The translations under genes were made by a program, and so were the position numbers. Below are positions 1-39,970 of a DNA stretch of 64,000 nucleotides, one piece after another; position 1 is the stretch's first letter, and the number at the start of each line of letters is the position of its first letter. The DNA is taken from positions 141,543 through 205,542 of the forward strand of contig NIVC01001515.1 in assembly GCA_002269645.1 (NCBI GenBank). Reading direction: 5' to 3'. The stretch is from Macrostomum lignano (Eukaryota). Below the pieces are notes generated by a model. The model was not told the DNA's origin. It was given only the letters and a program-made list of their open reading frames with translations, and did not search any database.

Positions 1-530
1 ATTGCTCACTCACCTATACTTAGCATTGCTCACTCACCTATACTTAGCATTGCTCACTCACCTGTACTCAGCATTGCTCACTCACCTGTACTCAGCATTG
101 CTCACTCACCTGTACTCAGCATTGCTCACTCACCTGTACTCAGCATTGCTCACTCACCTGTACTCAGCATTGCTCACTCACCTGTACTCAGCATTGCTCA
201 CTCACCTGTACTCAGCATTGCTCACTCACCTGTACTCAGCATTGCTCACTCACCTGTACTCAGCATTGCTCACTCACCTGTACTCAGCATTGCTCACTCA
301 CCTGTACTCAGCATTGCTCACTCACCTGTACTCAGCATTGCTCACTCACCTATACTCAGCATTGCTCACTCACCTATACTTAGCATTGCTCACTCACCTG
401 TACTCAGCATTGCCTCACTCACCTGTACTCAGCATTGCCTCACTCACCTGTACTCAGCATTGCCTCACTCACCTGTACTCAGCATTGCTCACTCACCTGT
501 ACTCAGCATTGCCTCACCTTTGCTCACACG
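1..530. repeat. 24-bp minisatellite (attgctcactcacctgtactcagc)n abutting the ASAP acceptor
   Basis: ~22 copies visible. Confidence 0.95.
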
Positions 531-541
531 GCCTCTCACAG

Positions 542-779
542 ACCCGGAATGGATCAGCACTAACTTGGGCATCCTGATATGCCTAGAATGCTGCGGCATT
601 CACCGCGACCTAGGCGTTCATGTGTCCCGCACCCAGTCGCTGCTGATGGACGACCTAACGCCCGCCCAGCTACTGACCAGCCGTTGTGTTGGCAATGCCG
701 TGTTTAACGAAGTATTCGAGGCCGTCCTGCCGGATGGCGTTAAACCGGGAAGCTCAGCTGGCTGGACTAAAGCCGATCT
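542..779 (+). CDS. ASAP: ASAP exon, ArfGAP domain
   Basis: acceptor ctcacag|ACCCGG; donor GATCT|gtgagt. Confidence 0.85.
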
Positions 780-3497
780 GTGAGTTCGCTAGCATAAGAT
801 TTATCTTTGTTATGCAGCTTTTATCTAGCATTTGAAAGCACTGATAGGGGTGCTAGCGGCCATTTGAACTTAAAAGCCATTTGTAGAGAATGCAACTCTA
901 TAACTATCTACTAGGGGTGTGCAGAAAGTGCTGGAAGTTTTAATCCCAGAACTGAAACAAGGCAAGACAAGACAATGTCTTTCAATACAATGCTATTCTG
1001 ATACGATTGACGGGATACTCAAACGATGGATAGAGAACTGTGTTGCTACAGGTGGAGACTGTCTTGAGATGGCTGTCTTAAAGACTGATAGTGAGGATTA
1101 AAGAAAATCTGTACTTTATAAGGACAAACCATCGCTTTTTATATTGGTTCTCACTTTCACCGGAAGACAATCTGTGACATTGCGATGGGTTTTTAAGCAT
1201 AAATTTTTCGTTGAAAACGTTAATGTGACAAGAATCGCTAAAGAGAGCCATTGCAAACAACTCACCAGTGACTCTAGCGACTCTGTGGCGATTCTTGTGA
1301 TTTTATGACGACTCAAACGACTGCAGTGCGACGAAGAGTCGCCTAAAGTCACTTCTTTTCTATTTTACCTGTGTTACCTGCAACTACTCTGGGGCCTATG
1401 CAATGCAAGTTACTCTGGGGCGCTTCTTGACCTGGGTACCATTTTCACCTGGTTATGAATGTAATCACCAAAATATACAACATTGAATTTATTAGAAAGT
1501 ATAAATGTGCCGCTTTGAACTGACACCCCAGTGACACGTAGATAGTTTGAAATAGAATCGTTAAAGCGCCTGTTTAAAGTACATCTCGCCCTTACAAATG
1601 CGGAACTGTCCGGGCCCGCTCAGGCAGCAGCAGATGAATCAGCGGAAGTCGTTTATCCGGTCCAAATACCGCGAGCGCAGCTTCGTCTGTCGGACGGTGG
1701 CGCCGGACGCCGACCCGGCCGAACGGGCGCGCTCGTTGGCGCGCGATCTTTCTAGCGCAGTTCGGCATCGGCGCATGCCGCTACTGTTGCAGGCGTTTGC
1801 CGAGGGCTGCGACCTCATGACTCAGCAGCATCAGGTTGCATCGGGTACAGCTGAGGACGACTCTTCTGAGTCGATGATTGACGGCGAGACTTCGCTGCAC
1901 GCGCTGCTGCGCGAGTCGCCAGCCGACTTGATGGACGACGAAGCCGAAGCTGACGCTGACGGCGACAGCCTTCGCCGCCTGGCCGTGCTGGAGTTTACGC
2001 TGCAGAACTCGCCGCTATCGGCGCAGTGCCGAGCCACCCGGGCCGGGCGGGAGACCCTGGTCCACTACTGCGTGCGCTACAATCAGCCCGACTGTCTTCG
2101 GATCTGCCTTCGGGCGCCCGGGCTCGCCGCCGCCGCCGCTGCCAGCGCTGTTAATAGCGACGGCCTGACCGCCATTGACCTGTGCGCCAGGCTGGGCGAC
2201 CGCGACTCCTGCGCGGCCATTGTAAGCGCTGCTTTTTAAAAGCTTCTAACTAGTATTAAAATGGCAACGGTCACGATTTTAGCGTTTGGCTGTGATTGCA
2301 CTCATCTTTAGTGGCCTGTTGTAACCCTTTTCTCTGGGGTCACCAGGTGACCAGTTGTAGCCTAGTGGTTAGAGCGTCGGACTCACGACTTGAAGGTCTG
2401 GGGTTCGATTCCCGATCCCACTGAAACAATTTGTGTCATTGAGCAAGACAATTAACTCTGCATTGATTCAGTTCACCCAGCTGTAAAATGGGCACTCAGC
2501 ATTAGCTGGGGTAATTGAGGGTGTGTGTGGCGACCCCCAGTCCTTGGACTGAACAGCCGTACGTAGCCTTCAGATGCCCCGCTGTCGGTTGCACATCTCC
2601 CTACAAGGGCAGGTGTAACCAATTATTATTACATGTATTATTGTTATTATCTGGGGTCACCAGGGGACCATGCTTTGCGACCGATCCATTTTATACGGTT
2701 AAGATTTTCCATCTTCACTTCTAAGCAAGTAGCGCGCAAGCACGGTACTTGAATCTGATATTCGCTTTCCGTATTTGTGCTCGCAGATTCGCGCAGTGGA
2801 GGGCGGCAACCTGGCTGTGCTGGACAATCCGGGCGCTTTTCATTGTTCCAGGCAACTGGCTGGCGACGGCGCTGGGCCTCCGCTCAGCAGGGAGGCCAGC
2901 TATCCGGACCTCAGCTTGTGCTCCGAGGACACCAGCGCGATTCTACAGAGTGGCGGCAGTGTCGCCGTCTCGCGCGACGATTCTCTTAGCCGGCGCAGCA
3001 GCGGCGATAGCAGCGGAGCAGCCGCCGCCGCCTCCGCCGCTGCCGCCGCCGCTGCTGTCGCTTCAAGACAGTCGCTCACGCCGAAGAAGTCGAGAGCGCC
3101 GGAGCTTCCGCCGGCGCCTCCGTTGCCGCCGACGCCGCCGCTGCGCCCGCCGCCGCCGTCAGTTCCTGCAGGTCAGCGCAGGCCCTCAAGCTCATACGAC
3201 AGCGTCCAGATTGTCATTGATGCCGCCGCTGAGAGCTTCCTGGCGTCCTCTGACCAGCCAGAACCTCCGCAGACGCCGCCGCTGCCGCCACCACCGCCGA
3301 TACCGCCGCTTCCGGCGCCGAAGACAAAGCCGAAGCCGCTGCCGAAGCCGAAGCCTCGCCTGGCCAGGGCTTCCATGCCGCCCATGCAGCTGCAGTCGCT
3401 GGCTGCTGCCGCTTCCGTTGCAACCGACTCCGCTTTGAAGTCAACGGGCCCTATTGAGACTGCAGCGACTGACAGTGCCAAGCAGGCGGATCCATAG
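542..3497 (+). CDS. ASAP: ASAP-type Arf GTPase-activating protein (ArfGAP + ankyrin + Pro-rich tail), 3' part; exons 542-779, 1624-2221, 2787-3497
   Basis: ArfGAP motif [30 protein letters not shown], then [18 protein letters not shown] and [20 protein letters not shown] ankyrin repeats, then a polyproline tail. Phases join: CT|G (779^1624) and phase 0 (2221^2787), with GT-AG at each. Upstream exons lie outside the window. Confidence 0.85.
919..1101 (+). mobile_element. Possible mariner transposase C-terminal remnant in ASAP intron
   Basis: [23 protein letters not shown] resembles the mariner C-terminal GI..L..RW..C....G.Y.E motif; judged by eye only. Confidence 0.35.
1624..2221 (+). CDS. 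ASAP: ASAP exon, end of ArfGAP plus ankyrin repeats
   Basis: acceptor ctcag|G; donor GCCATT|gtaagc; ORF 1598..2239. Confidence 0.85.
2348..2649 (+). mobile_element. tRNA-derived SINE with CORE-like domain
   Basis: A box TAGCCTAGTGG (2358), B box GGTTCGATTCC (2402), gtgtcattgagcaagaca...ctgtaaaatggg CORE-like segment, (TTA)-rich tail, 15-bp TSD tctggggtcaccagg at 2333-2347 and 2650-2664. Confidence 0.85.
2787..3497 (+). CDS. ASAP: ASAP terminal exon, Ala/Pro-rich
   Basis: acceptor tcgcag|ATT; ORF 2775..3497 ends in TAG. Confidence 0.75.
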   Translation: MRAVEGGNLAVLDNPGAFHCSRQLAGDGAGPPLSREASYPDLSLCSEDTSAILQSGGSVAVSRDDSLSRRSSGDSSGAAAAASAAAAAAAVASRQSLTPKKSRAPELPPAPPLPPTPPLRPPPPSVPAGQRRPSSSYDSVQIVIDAAAESFLASSDQPEPPQTPPLPPPPPIPPLPAPKTKPKPLPKPKPRLARASMPPMQLQSLAAAASVATDSALKSTGPIETAATDSAKQADP

Positions 3498-3689
3498 GGT
3501 GGGCAAGGTGGTCAGCTGACCCTCCCCAACATTTTTTTGGACGGGCGTTCGTTATTCATCTTTTGGAGTTGACAAATTCATTAGGTGATTTCATTTCTCC
3601 GACAAGCTTAACCCTAAGCCTAAACCTAAGCCTGAGTGTAACCCTAACGGAGATATGAAGTTTCAAAATTGTGAAAGAGGCTGCTAAAC

Positions 3690-4012
3690 TGAAGTGTCGA
3701 AGATATGAAGTGTCGAAGATATGAAGTGTCGGAGATATGAAGTGTCGATGATATGAAGTGTCTGAGTTATGGAATGTCGGAAATATAACGTGTCGGAGAT
3801 ATGAAGTGTCGGAAATATGAAGTGTCGATGATATGAAGTGTCGAAGATATGAATTGTCAGAGATATGAAGTGTCGGAGATATGAATTGTCAGAGATATGA
3901 AGTGTCGGAAATATGAAGTGTCGGAGATATGAAGTGTCGATGATATGAAGTGTCTGAGTTATGGAATGTCGGAAATATAACGTGTCGGAGATATGAAGTG
4001 TCGGAGTTATGA
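3690..4012. repeat. 16-bp minisatellite (gatatgaagtgtcgga)n
   Basis: direct reading. Confidence 0.9.
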
Positions 4013-5139
4013 ACCCCCCCCCTAAATTTGTAATAGGCTTTATACAACGCTTTCATCGACAACTTTCAAATCTAGGTGGTCAAGAAGTTTAGCTGACCTA
4101 ATCGCTGCATACGTAAATGCATATATAGCTTGTACATGCACAATAAAAGCATATCTACCGAAAATCGGTTTTTTGCAAAGCACTTCCTATAATGATATTC
4201 CTCTGATCCTAGTTCGTAATCGCCATTGCAAATTTTTGATATTTTCGATATTTTGCTAACGAATTGCTACAAATCAGAGTTTTGAATCTTTTGTAATTAT
4301 GCCGCTATTGATCATTTCTAGAATTTTTTATACACTATTTATCAAAGTATGTATTAGCAAAGTTGATTTGTTATGCGCCTTCCAACAGTTTCCAATGAAT
4401 TTATTTACTTATTTCATGTGATCTAGCCTACTAATAGTATGCAAGAAAAGTATTTATTTGTTCAGTATTTTTACATTCATTATTTGCCACTCTATTCCCA
4501 TTTTCCCATTTTGTCTATATTTGGATCTGCGCCATGCCACTACTGCTCACTACTTTTATTCTTACTACTATTGTTCTTCTATGAGTAGTATGTATGGGTC
4601 TTCCATTCAATATTATATTTATATAGTAACTAATTATACAGGCTCTATGCTAATTTGCATTTCTCTTGATCTGATTAACCTCTGCGCTAACACTCGAACT
4701 TTTATTATTTACTTAGCCAAAGTTTTTTTATAAACTTGCTGCCTGCAACAGTTATTGTACAATGCCTATTGTTTTCACTATAGTTATTTAACACGCGGCT
4801 GTAATTACTGGTAATCTTTATATTGCTTCAAATTGTTTTTTTAAACAGTATGCACTTTTTTTACTTATTAAAATGGTAAGTGTATTTTCTCGGGATGCCT
4901 CTTATACTCATATATTATACATAAATCTGATTCCGCATGCCCGTACCGACCTATCAGCATGTGGCTGAGGCCGTGTGCCAATGTCTATTTGACTCGACCC
5001 TTGTTTGCAGTTTTCATTATTTTATTTTATTTCTAAGTTTTCAGATACAGAAGTTTTTTCTTTGATTTAAGCATTTTGAACTAGATTAGATCAGCTCCGG
5101 ATCACCCGCGAATCTCCAATGCTCTCGAATGTCCTGTGA

Positions 5140-6035
5140 GATTTAGGTGTTGCGAAAAGTTAGTCTTGTGAAGTTAAGGTCCTGTGAAGTTTAGGTCTTG
5201 TGAGGTTTAGGTCTTTTGAGGTTTAGGTCTTGTGAGGTTTAGGTCTTGTGAGGTTTAGGTCTTTTGAGGTTTAGGTCCTGTGAAGTTTAGGTATTGTGAG
5301 GTTTAGGTCTTGTGAAGTTTAGGTCTTGTGAAGTTTAGGTCTTGTGAAGTTTAGGTCTTTTGAAGTTTAGGTCTTGTAAAGTTTAGGTATTGTGAAGTTT
5401 AGGTATTGTGAAGTTTAGGTCTTGTGAGGTTTAGGTCTTTTGAGGTTTAGGTCTTGTGAAATTTAGGTCTTGTGAGGTTTAGGTCTTGTGAGGTTTAGGT
5501 CTTGTGAAGTTTGGTCTTGTAAAGTTTAGGTCTTGTGAAGTTTAGGTCTTGTGAGGTTTAGGTCTTTTGAGGTTTAGGTCTTGTGAAATTTAGGTCTTGT
5601 GAGGTTTAGGTCTTGTGAGGTTTAGGTCTTGTGAAGTTTGGTCTTGTAAAGTTTAGGTCTTGTGAAGTTTAGGTCTTGTGAAGTTTAGGTCTTGTAAAGT
5701 TTAGGTATTGTTTAGGTCTTGTGAAGTTTAGGTCTTGTGAGGTTTAGGTCTTGTGAGGTTTAGGTCTTGTGAAATTTGGTCTTGTGAGGTTTAGGTCTTG
5801 TGAGGTTTAGGTCTTGTGAAGTTTGGTCTTGTAAAGTTTAGGTCTTGTGAAGTTTAGGTCTTGTGAGGTTTAGGTCTTGTGAAATTTAGGTCTTGTGAGG
5901 TTTAGGTCTTGTGAGGTTTAGGTCTTGTGAAGTTTGGTCTTGTAAAGTTTAGGTCTTGTGAAGTTTAGGTCTTGTGAAGTTTGGTCTTGTAAAGTTTAGG
6001 TCTTGTGAAGTTTAGGTATTGTGAGGCTTAGGTCT
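5140..6035. repeat. 16-bp minisatellite (taggtcttgtgaagtt)n
   Basis: direct reading. Confidence 0.95.
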
Positions 6036-6347
6036 TATTAAATTTTAGTCCGATGATATTTATGCGTTTTGAAGTTAGGTGAGATTTTAACTTTGAAATT
6101 TAGTTCTTTCAAAAGCACCCGCTACGATAATATTGTATGATTTCCGCATCGGGAATTCGGAAAGCGTACACTTCACTGGTTTCGTAGAAAGTGAAACTTT
6201 TTTTAACAAGATGAAAACGGACAAATGTACTAAGCTGTTAAGCTGTCTTTGGCTCTTGAAGTCAAGCTTAATTATTGATAATTGCCTGATAGTTGTCATC
6301 TGCAAGGTAAATCAGAAAGAATCTATGTCCTGTTTGCAAATTGATGC

Positions 6348-6821
6348 ATGAACTTCAACCAAAGCTCGGCGGGCCCGGCCACCGCCACAACCTACGTGAC
6401 CGTCTCCGGTGCCACTAGTGGCGTTGGGATGCTTCAACAGCAGCAGCATCAAACGGTGACCACCTGCATCCCACTGTCCTCAGCTGTCCAAGGCGGCGTC
6501 TCCGTGCCAGTCTCCGTGTCGGTCTCCGGCGGAACCCCGTCCGTGACTGTGCTGGCTCCGGCAGGCGGCCCTGGCCACAGCGCCCAGGTCATTCACGGGC
6601 ACTACATGCCGCAGATCAGCGCCGCCCAGATGCAGCAGCAGCAGCAGCAGCAGACCCATCTGGCTACAACCAGTCAGCTGTCCGTATCGCAGCCTCAACG
6701 AGTTACTACAAATATTGCAACCGCGCCTCCTGGCGCCACCGTCATTGCCGCGCCCGCCGCTACGTCCCCCGCTGCCGCTTCTGCGACCGGCCTGGCCGCC
6801 ACTGCCAATGCCAACAAGTAA
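6348..6821 (+). CDS. Orphan low-complexity Q/A/T/S/V-rich ORF or exon (157 aa)
   Basis: GC-rich, codon-like island with CAG runs between satellites; no recognisable domain; possible donor AACAA|gtaaag at its end. Confidence 0.4.
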   Translation: MNFNQSSAGPATATTYVTVSGATSGVGMLQQQQHQTVTTCIPLSSAVQGGVSVPVSVSVSGGTPSVTVLAPAGGPGHSAQVIHGHYMPQISAAQMQQQQQQQTHLATTSQLSVSQPQRVTTNIATAPPGATVIAAPAATSPAAASATGLAATANANK

Positions 6822-6829
6822 AGCTCAGC

Positions 6830-7680
6830 CCAATCCTGCTTTTCTGACCGCATTCACCCACCCCAACTGTCTCCCTACATTCACCCCAGCTGTCATCTCA
6901 AATTCACCCCAGTTGTCATCTCACACTCTCCCCTGCTGTCACCTCACTTTTACCGCAGCTCCGTCACCCCAGCTCCGTCACTTCACATTCTCCTCAGCTC
7001 CGTCACTTCACATTCTCCCCAGCTCCGTCACTTCACATTCTCCTCAGCTCCGTCACTTCACATTCTCCCCAGCTCCGTCACTTCACATTCTCCCCAGCTT
7101 TGTCACCACATTCTCCCCAGCTTTGTCACCACATTCACCCCAGCTCCGTCACCACATTCACCCCAGCTCCGTCACCACATTCACCCCCAGCTGTCACCCC
7201 GCATTCACCCAGCTGTCACCTCACATTCACCCCAGCTGTCACCTCACATTCACCCCAGCTGTCACCTCACATTCACCCCAGCTGTCACCTCACATTCACC
7301 CCAGCTGTCACCTCACATTCACCCAGCTGTCACCTCACATTCACCCAGCTGTCACCTCACATTCACCCCAGCTGTTACCTCACATTCACCCCAGCTGTCA
7401 CCTCACATTCACCCAGCTGTTACCTCACATTCACCCAGCCCCGACCACATGGAGCCCCCAGCTGGCCGACCTGGCTTCAGCATTCACCCCCAGCCCCGTC
7501 ACCACCAGCTGTCAGGTAGTCCACCTCAGCTCCGTCACCTGGCAGCCCCAGCTGTCACTCCACCTCAGCTGTCAGGTTGAAAGCTGTCAGGTTCCCTCCT
7601 CAGCCCTTCATGCGTCATTTTCACTGCCCCAGGTAGCCGTCACTTCACCCCTCAGCTGTCACCACCCCCCAGCGCACCTC
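6830..7680. repeat. ~23-bp minisatellite (cacattcaccccagctgtcacct)n
   Basis: direct reading; degenerate at both edges. Confidence 0.9.
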
Positions 7681-8229
7681 ATACCCCAGCGACCTCAAAT
7701 GCCTGTCATGCACCTTTCTCCCATCCCTGTCATTCAATTTCAGGTCATTCTCTGTCTAGGCATTACCTTGCCCCTTAAGCATGTCATGCAACTTCTGAGT
7801 CCGTCATTCAATTTCTCTGATATTCAATATGATCATCCATTCTAGTGTATATTTGTAATGTTTTGTACATTTGTCTTAAGCCTCTTTTTAGGCCGGACCT
7901 GTACCAGATCCCAGTGTCTGTAGGAATTCAGTGTAGTATTTAAGTGTATATATCGCTGGCGGCAAATCTAATACCCCTTTCTGTTCTATCCTGTAATTAT
8001 CAGCTTAACGGCAATCATTCGCAGTTGATTGCGCCGTGGAAGCCACAATGCGTGAAAGTTTGTAGCGCTAAAAATAGATACTAAAAAACAGTATGTTGTA
8101 TAACTTTAAACTTTATAAAGTTATAAATTATAAGTTGTAAAAATAAGTCTAAGCGAATTTCAGGATTTTAATTAATTAATCAGGCGCAATCAAAGTAAAT
8201 GCACCAATGTACATCAGTGCAATGTCATT

Positions 8230-8730
8230 AACTTTATACTAGAAATCCAGCGCCATTTCATTCGAGAGGGACGCTATTTCATTCGAGGGGCACCATTTCA
8301 TTTGAGGGTGCCATTTCATTCGAGGGGGGCGCCACTTCATTCGAGGGGGGCGCCCATTCATTTGAGAGGGTGCCACTTTATTTGAGGGGGTGCCACTTCA
8401 TTCGAGGGGGCGCCCATTCATTTGAGGGGGCGCCACTTCATTCGAGGGGGCGCCCATTCATTTGAGGGGGTGCCACTTTATTTCAGGGGGTGCCACTTCA
8501 TTCGAGGGGGCGCCACTTCATTCGAGGGGCGCCAATTCTTTCGAGGGGGCGCCATTTCATTTGAGGGGGCGCCAATTCATTCGAGGGCGCCAATTCATTT
8601 GAGGGGGTACCGCTTCATTCGAGCGGTTGCCACTTCATTCGAGGGGCGCCATTTCATTCGAGGGGGCGCCATTTCATTCGAGGGGGCGCCATTTCATTCG
8701 AGGGGCGCCACTTCATTTAAGTGGGCGCCA
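8230..8730. repeat. ~21-bp minisatellite (ttcattcgagggggcgcca..)n
   Basis: direct reading. Confidence 0.9.
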
Positions 8731-9022
8731 TTTTTGCGCTCGTGTGTGGTACCCTGCGTGGAACGCTTGAGGCAGCGGAGGCATTGGTTATCTTCTGTGC
8801 GGCTGGCGTTGAGTGCAGCCCAATTCGTAGGCTTAGTTAATAACTATCAAGAACTTGAAGTCCGCACAACAAGGACGACAATATTTTGTTAAAATACAAT
8901 CAAATACATACAACACATACAATCAAAATTGTTTTTTGGTTTTACATAACGTTTCGATTTAATCTCATTGCAAGGTCAGTAACAGTGATTTACAGGGTCT
9001 GACAGTCGTGTCAATCTCTGCT

Positions 9023-36638
<27,616 letters not shown>

Positions 36639-37059
36639 GGCTTCAATCTGAATTTTTATGCCCGTCTGCGTTCGAGCTGCTGTCAAACGCCTAGGAGTAA
36701 ATATTGAGCGACCCGTATTGGGATTTAGCCGGCTCAACCCCTCCTCCTCCCATTTATTCCATTAGTGCGGACTGCCTGGCCCGGGTTTGAGGTTGAGGAT
36801 AAGTTTACTGACTGCCCATTGGTCTGGGATTCTTGGCTGAGCTGTTTGGCGATTCTTTGGCCCGCAAATGGGGGACACGGGCCTAATGGAAATTAAAAAG
36901 TCGCCCTAACAATGCCTGTGATAGAAGGCATTGAACGTGTGGCTCACTTTCAAGTTGTCAGGCGTAATGCTTCCTATATTTTATTTTTCGATTTGAAAAG
37001 GAGTCGGCAAACTTCTCTTTACCTAACGGGCCAAATAGAGAACTTAGCACATGACTGCG

Positions 37060-37640
37060 GGGCAGAGGAGGGAATAGAGAAGAGAAAAGAGAGGGGTGAA
37101 TCAAGGCGATGGAATAAAGCAGAAGAGAGGAGACGAGAGGAGAGAAGAGAGACAAAATAGAAGAGGAAAGAGAAGAGGAGAGGAGAGGAGAGGCGAGTAG
37201 ACGCGAGGAGAAGAGAGGAGAGTAAAGGAGAGGGGAAGAGAAGAGAGGAGGGGAGAGGAGAGGAGAGGAGAGGAGAGGAGAGGAGGGGAGAGGAGAGGAG
37301 ATAGGTGAGTAGATGAGAGGAGAGGAGAGGAGAGGAGAGGAGAGGAGAGGAGAGGAGAGGAGAGGAGAGGAGAGGAGAGGAGAGGAGAGGAGAGGAGAGG
37401 AGAGGAGAGGAGAGGAGAGGAGAGGAGAGGAGAGGAGAGGAGAGGAGAGGAGAGGAGAGAGAGGAGAGGAGAGGAGAGGAGAGGAGAGGAGAGGAGGGAC
37501 GAGGAGGGGAGAGGAGAGGAGGAGAGGAGAGGAGAGGAGAGGAGAGGAGAGGAGAGGAGAGAGGAGATGAGAGAAGAGGAGAGGAGAGGAGAGGAGAGGA
37601 GAACAAAAGAAGATGGAGAGATAAGAAAGAAGAGAGCTGA
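37060..37640. repeat. (AGAGG)n purine microsatellite
   Basis: direct reading. Confidence 0.95.
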
Positions 37641-38444
37641 GAAGAGACACAAACCTTAAGCGTATTATTGTGAAGTTTCAAAGGAGCCGGGGACCTCGAA
37701 TAGAGAGGCATAGCTAGAGAGGTATAGAGGCAAAAATGTTTATAAATTTTATTATCAAAAAACTTTTCTTTATTGGTGACTACTGAGCAGTTGACGCTCA
37801 AACAGCACTACTAACAGTAGTCTGTCTAGCTTGAATCTAGTAGCTAGGATATGGCGGGAAAAATGATATTCAAAGATCGCTAAACAGCTAACTATCCTAA
37901 CTAGCAATCAAAAACACTAATGACATGGCTAAGCCTGGATTTAGTTGAAAAAGGCTGTAACATTATCCAATTCTATTTTATTGGAGTCGCAATTTTATAG
38001 CGTAAATTAGCAAAATTTCTCAAAGAAAACAGTAAAAGTCCAACCCAGCAAGCAAAGCCTTGGTGACGGAACCTTGAGCCACTCCCCGTTGGTCGATGAC
38101 GCCAACTTTAATTATCAGTTTCATCGCGGAGAAAAGACGCGGTGCCCAAGTGGCTTTTCTGCGCGGTATCTGCCCAGGAGAGAGAGAGAGAGAGATGCGA
38201 GCATAGATGAGCAGCGCGCGGCGACTCGGATCTCTCGAAGCTCGATCATCCTTAATACCGACTCCCACAGGACCCTCACCGTGTAAGCAAGGCCTTACTT
38301 GGCCCAACAACCCAACGATTTATGATCCTCGAACAAGGCTAAAGCGGGCGGCCTCAGTTAGCGGGTCCCGGCCAGTAGCGATAAGGCTTTAATCTCTATG
38401 CAAACAGCGAGCTGCGTGCGAACGGCATCAGCAGCCTGGCGCTC

Positions 38445-38488
<44 letters not shown>

Positions 38489-39749
38489 GAAGAGTCTCCA
38501 GATAGTGAGAAACTGCAGCAGTGCCCGTCCTGTGTCCGCTTTCCGGGTCTTGCGTGAGTTATCACCGCCCACCCCCTATCTGCAAGACGCGAACTCTTGC
38601 TGGCCCAGTACCAATGCTGCCTCAGTGTGCCCAAGACGGACTCTCAGTGCTAGCCGGGTCGTAGTAGGAACAGTGCAGGAACACGATTCTTATTGGGAAT
38701 CTTTAATCTCCATTTCATCGCGTCACAGGTTTCAAAAGGACTCCTCAATAGAGTTTATTAAACTTAAACACCTAAGCAGTTTAGTAATTCGGGATGACTC
38801 TGACAACTTAGTGGTTTTTATTTTTTCCGTAAGCCCGTAGGCACCGCCCCATTTGTTATTCTTTTATCTTCTGTGGTCTCATTTATCCTTGTTCATAATT
38901 ACGGAGCGGCCGCGCATTTCACTCGATTTTTGGTGAGCAATCCATCAGCATCACTAGCTGAGCATGCAAATTTACTAGGGGGGGGGTACTAAATATAAAA
39001 GCCTGCTGCCTTTAATTCTTCATCGGGGTCAGCGGAGGCGCATCGTCGCAGGAAATGAGCAAATCAGTCACGAAATGAAGCCCTAGAGAGAGAGAAATGA
39101 TCAGTTCTCAGTCGAATGCGGAGGACACGAAGAAGCCGATAGGCTTTTGAGAATGGGGCGGAAATTGCTATGCTCCATCTGGAAGCAACAGAAACACTGC
39201 ATGCTAGCCACAGCTTTGTGCACTTTCTCTAGCTCGTCTTTCTTGAACTGATGAGTTCAGCTGGGCCGGGGGGAGCGCAGGAAAGCATGGGTTGGAGGCC
39301 TCAGCTGGGAGCTGCTCAGATTTCTGCGATAAGCCGCCATGCAGCACTGGAGAAGTGCAGCAATCTTTATTTATTATCTTTTTAATCTGGCTGGGAACCG
39401 GATCTCAGGCCAACAACTCAATTGATTTAGTTGGAAACTGCATCTCCATGACTGATGGCTTATTGACAATACGCTCTCGGTTTTTATTCGTGTTCAGGAT
39501 CCCGAAGGTTCATCATGCCTGTGAGTCGGGGTCGAGTGTGTACTTTACTTATGTACATCGGGCCACGCCCAATCAATGTGAATCGGAGGGGTGCTGCAAT
39601 CTATGGTTACTGATTGCGGTTTCCAGTGACTATTTAGCTCGCAGGTTTAAGACCTAGCTCGTACATCGCAGCGGCCGGAATTTCTGACGAGAAAAGGGCG
39701 CAGCAGCTGCTTCGTTATGCGGCCGGAGAAAAACTGCAGAATGTAGTTC

Positions 39750-39970
39750 AGGAGAACCAGATCGCGGCAGGTGAGGGTGACAAGGACCTCGCGAAAAGCA
39801 TCCAGCAACACTGGGAAGGAAAGAACAACATTTTCTTCCTCCGCTTCAAATTTGAGACCTGTCGACAGCCCGCAGAAGAGTCAGTGGACCAGTGACACCA
39901 GCGACTGCGCAAGGCAGCGGATGCCTGCAACTTTGGACATCTGCGAGACTCTCTCATTCGCGACCCCGAC
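39750..39970 (+). mobile_element. Ty3/gypsy gag remnant
   Basis: Frame reads HWEGKNNIFFLRFKFETCRQPAEESVDQ*HQRLRKAADACNFGHLRDSLIRD, a retrotransposon-gag-like pattern with one stop. Confidence 0.6.

Noticed and set aside
1078-1260. PH-domain exon (YKKRWFVL) antisense in an ASAP intron
   Set aside because: Only a short motif, with no convincing splice sites or neighbouring exons.
2348-2420. Functional tRNA gene
   Set aside because: No acceptor-stem pairing or poly-T terminator; it continues into a SINE body flanked by a TSD.
3610-3650. Interstitial telomere (ccctaa-like)
   Set aside because: Only two or three degenerate hexamers.
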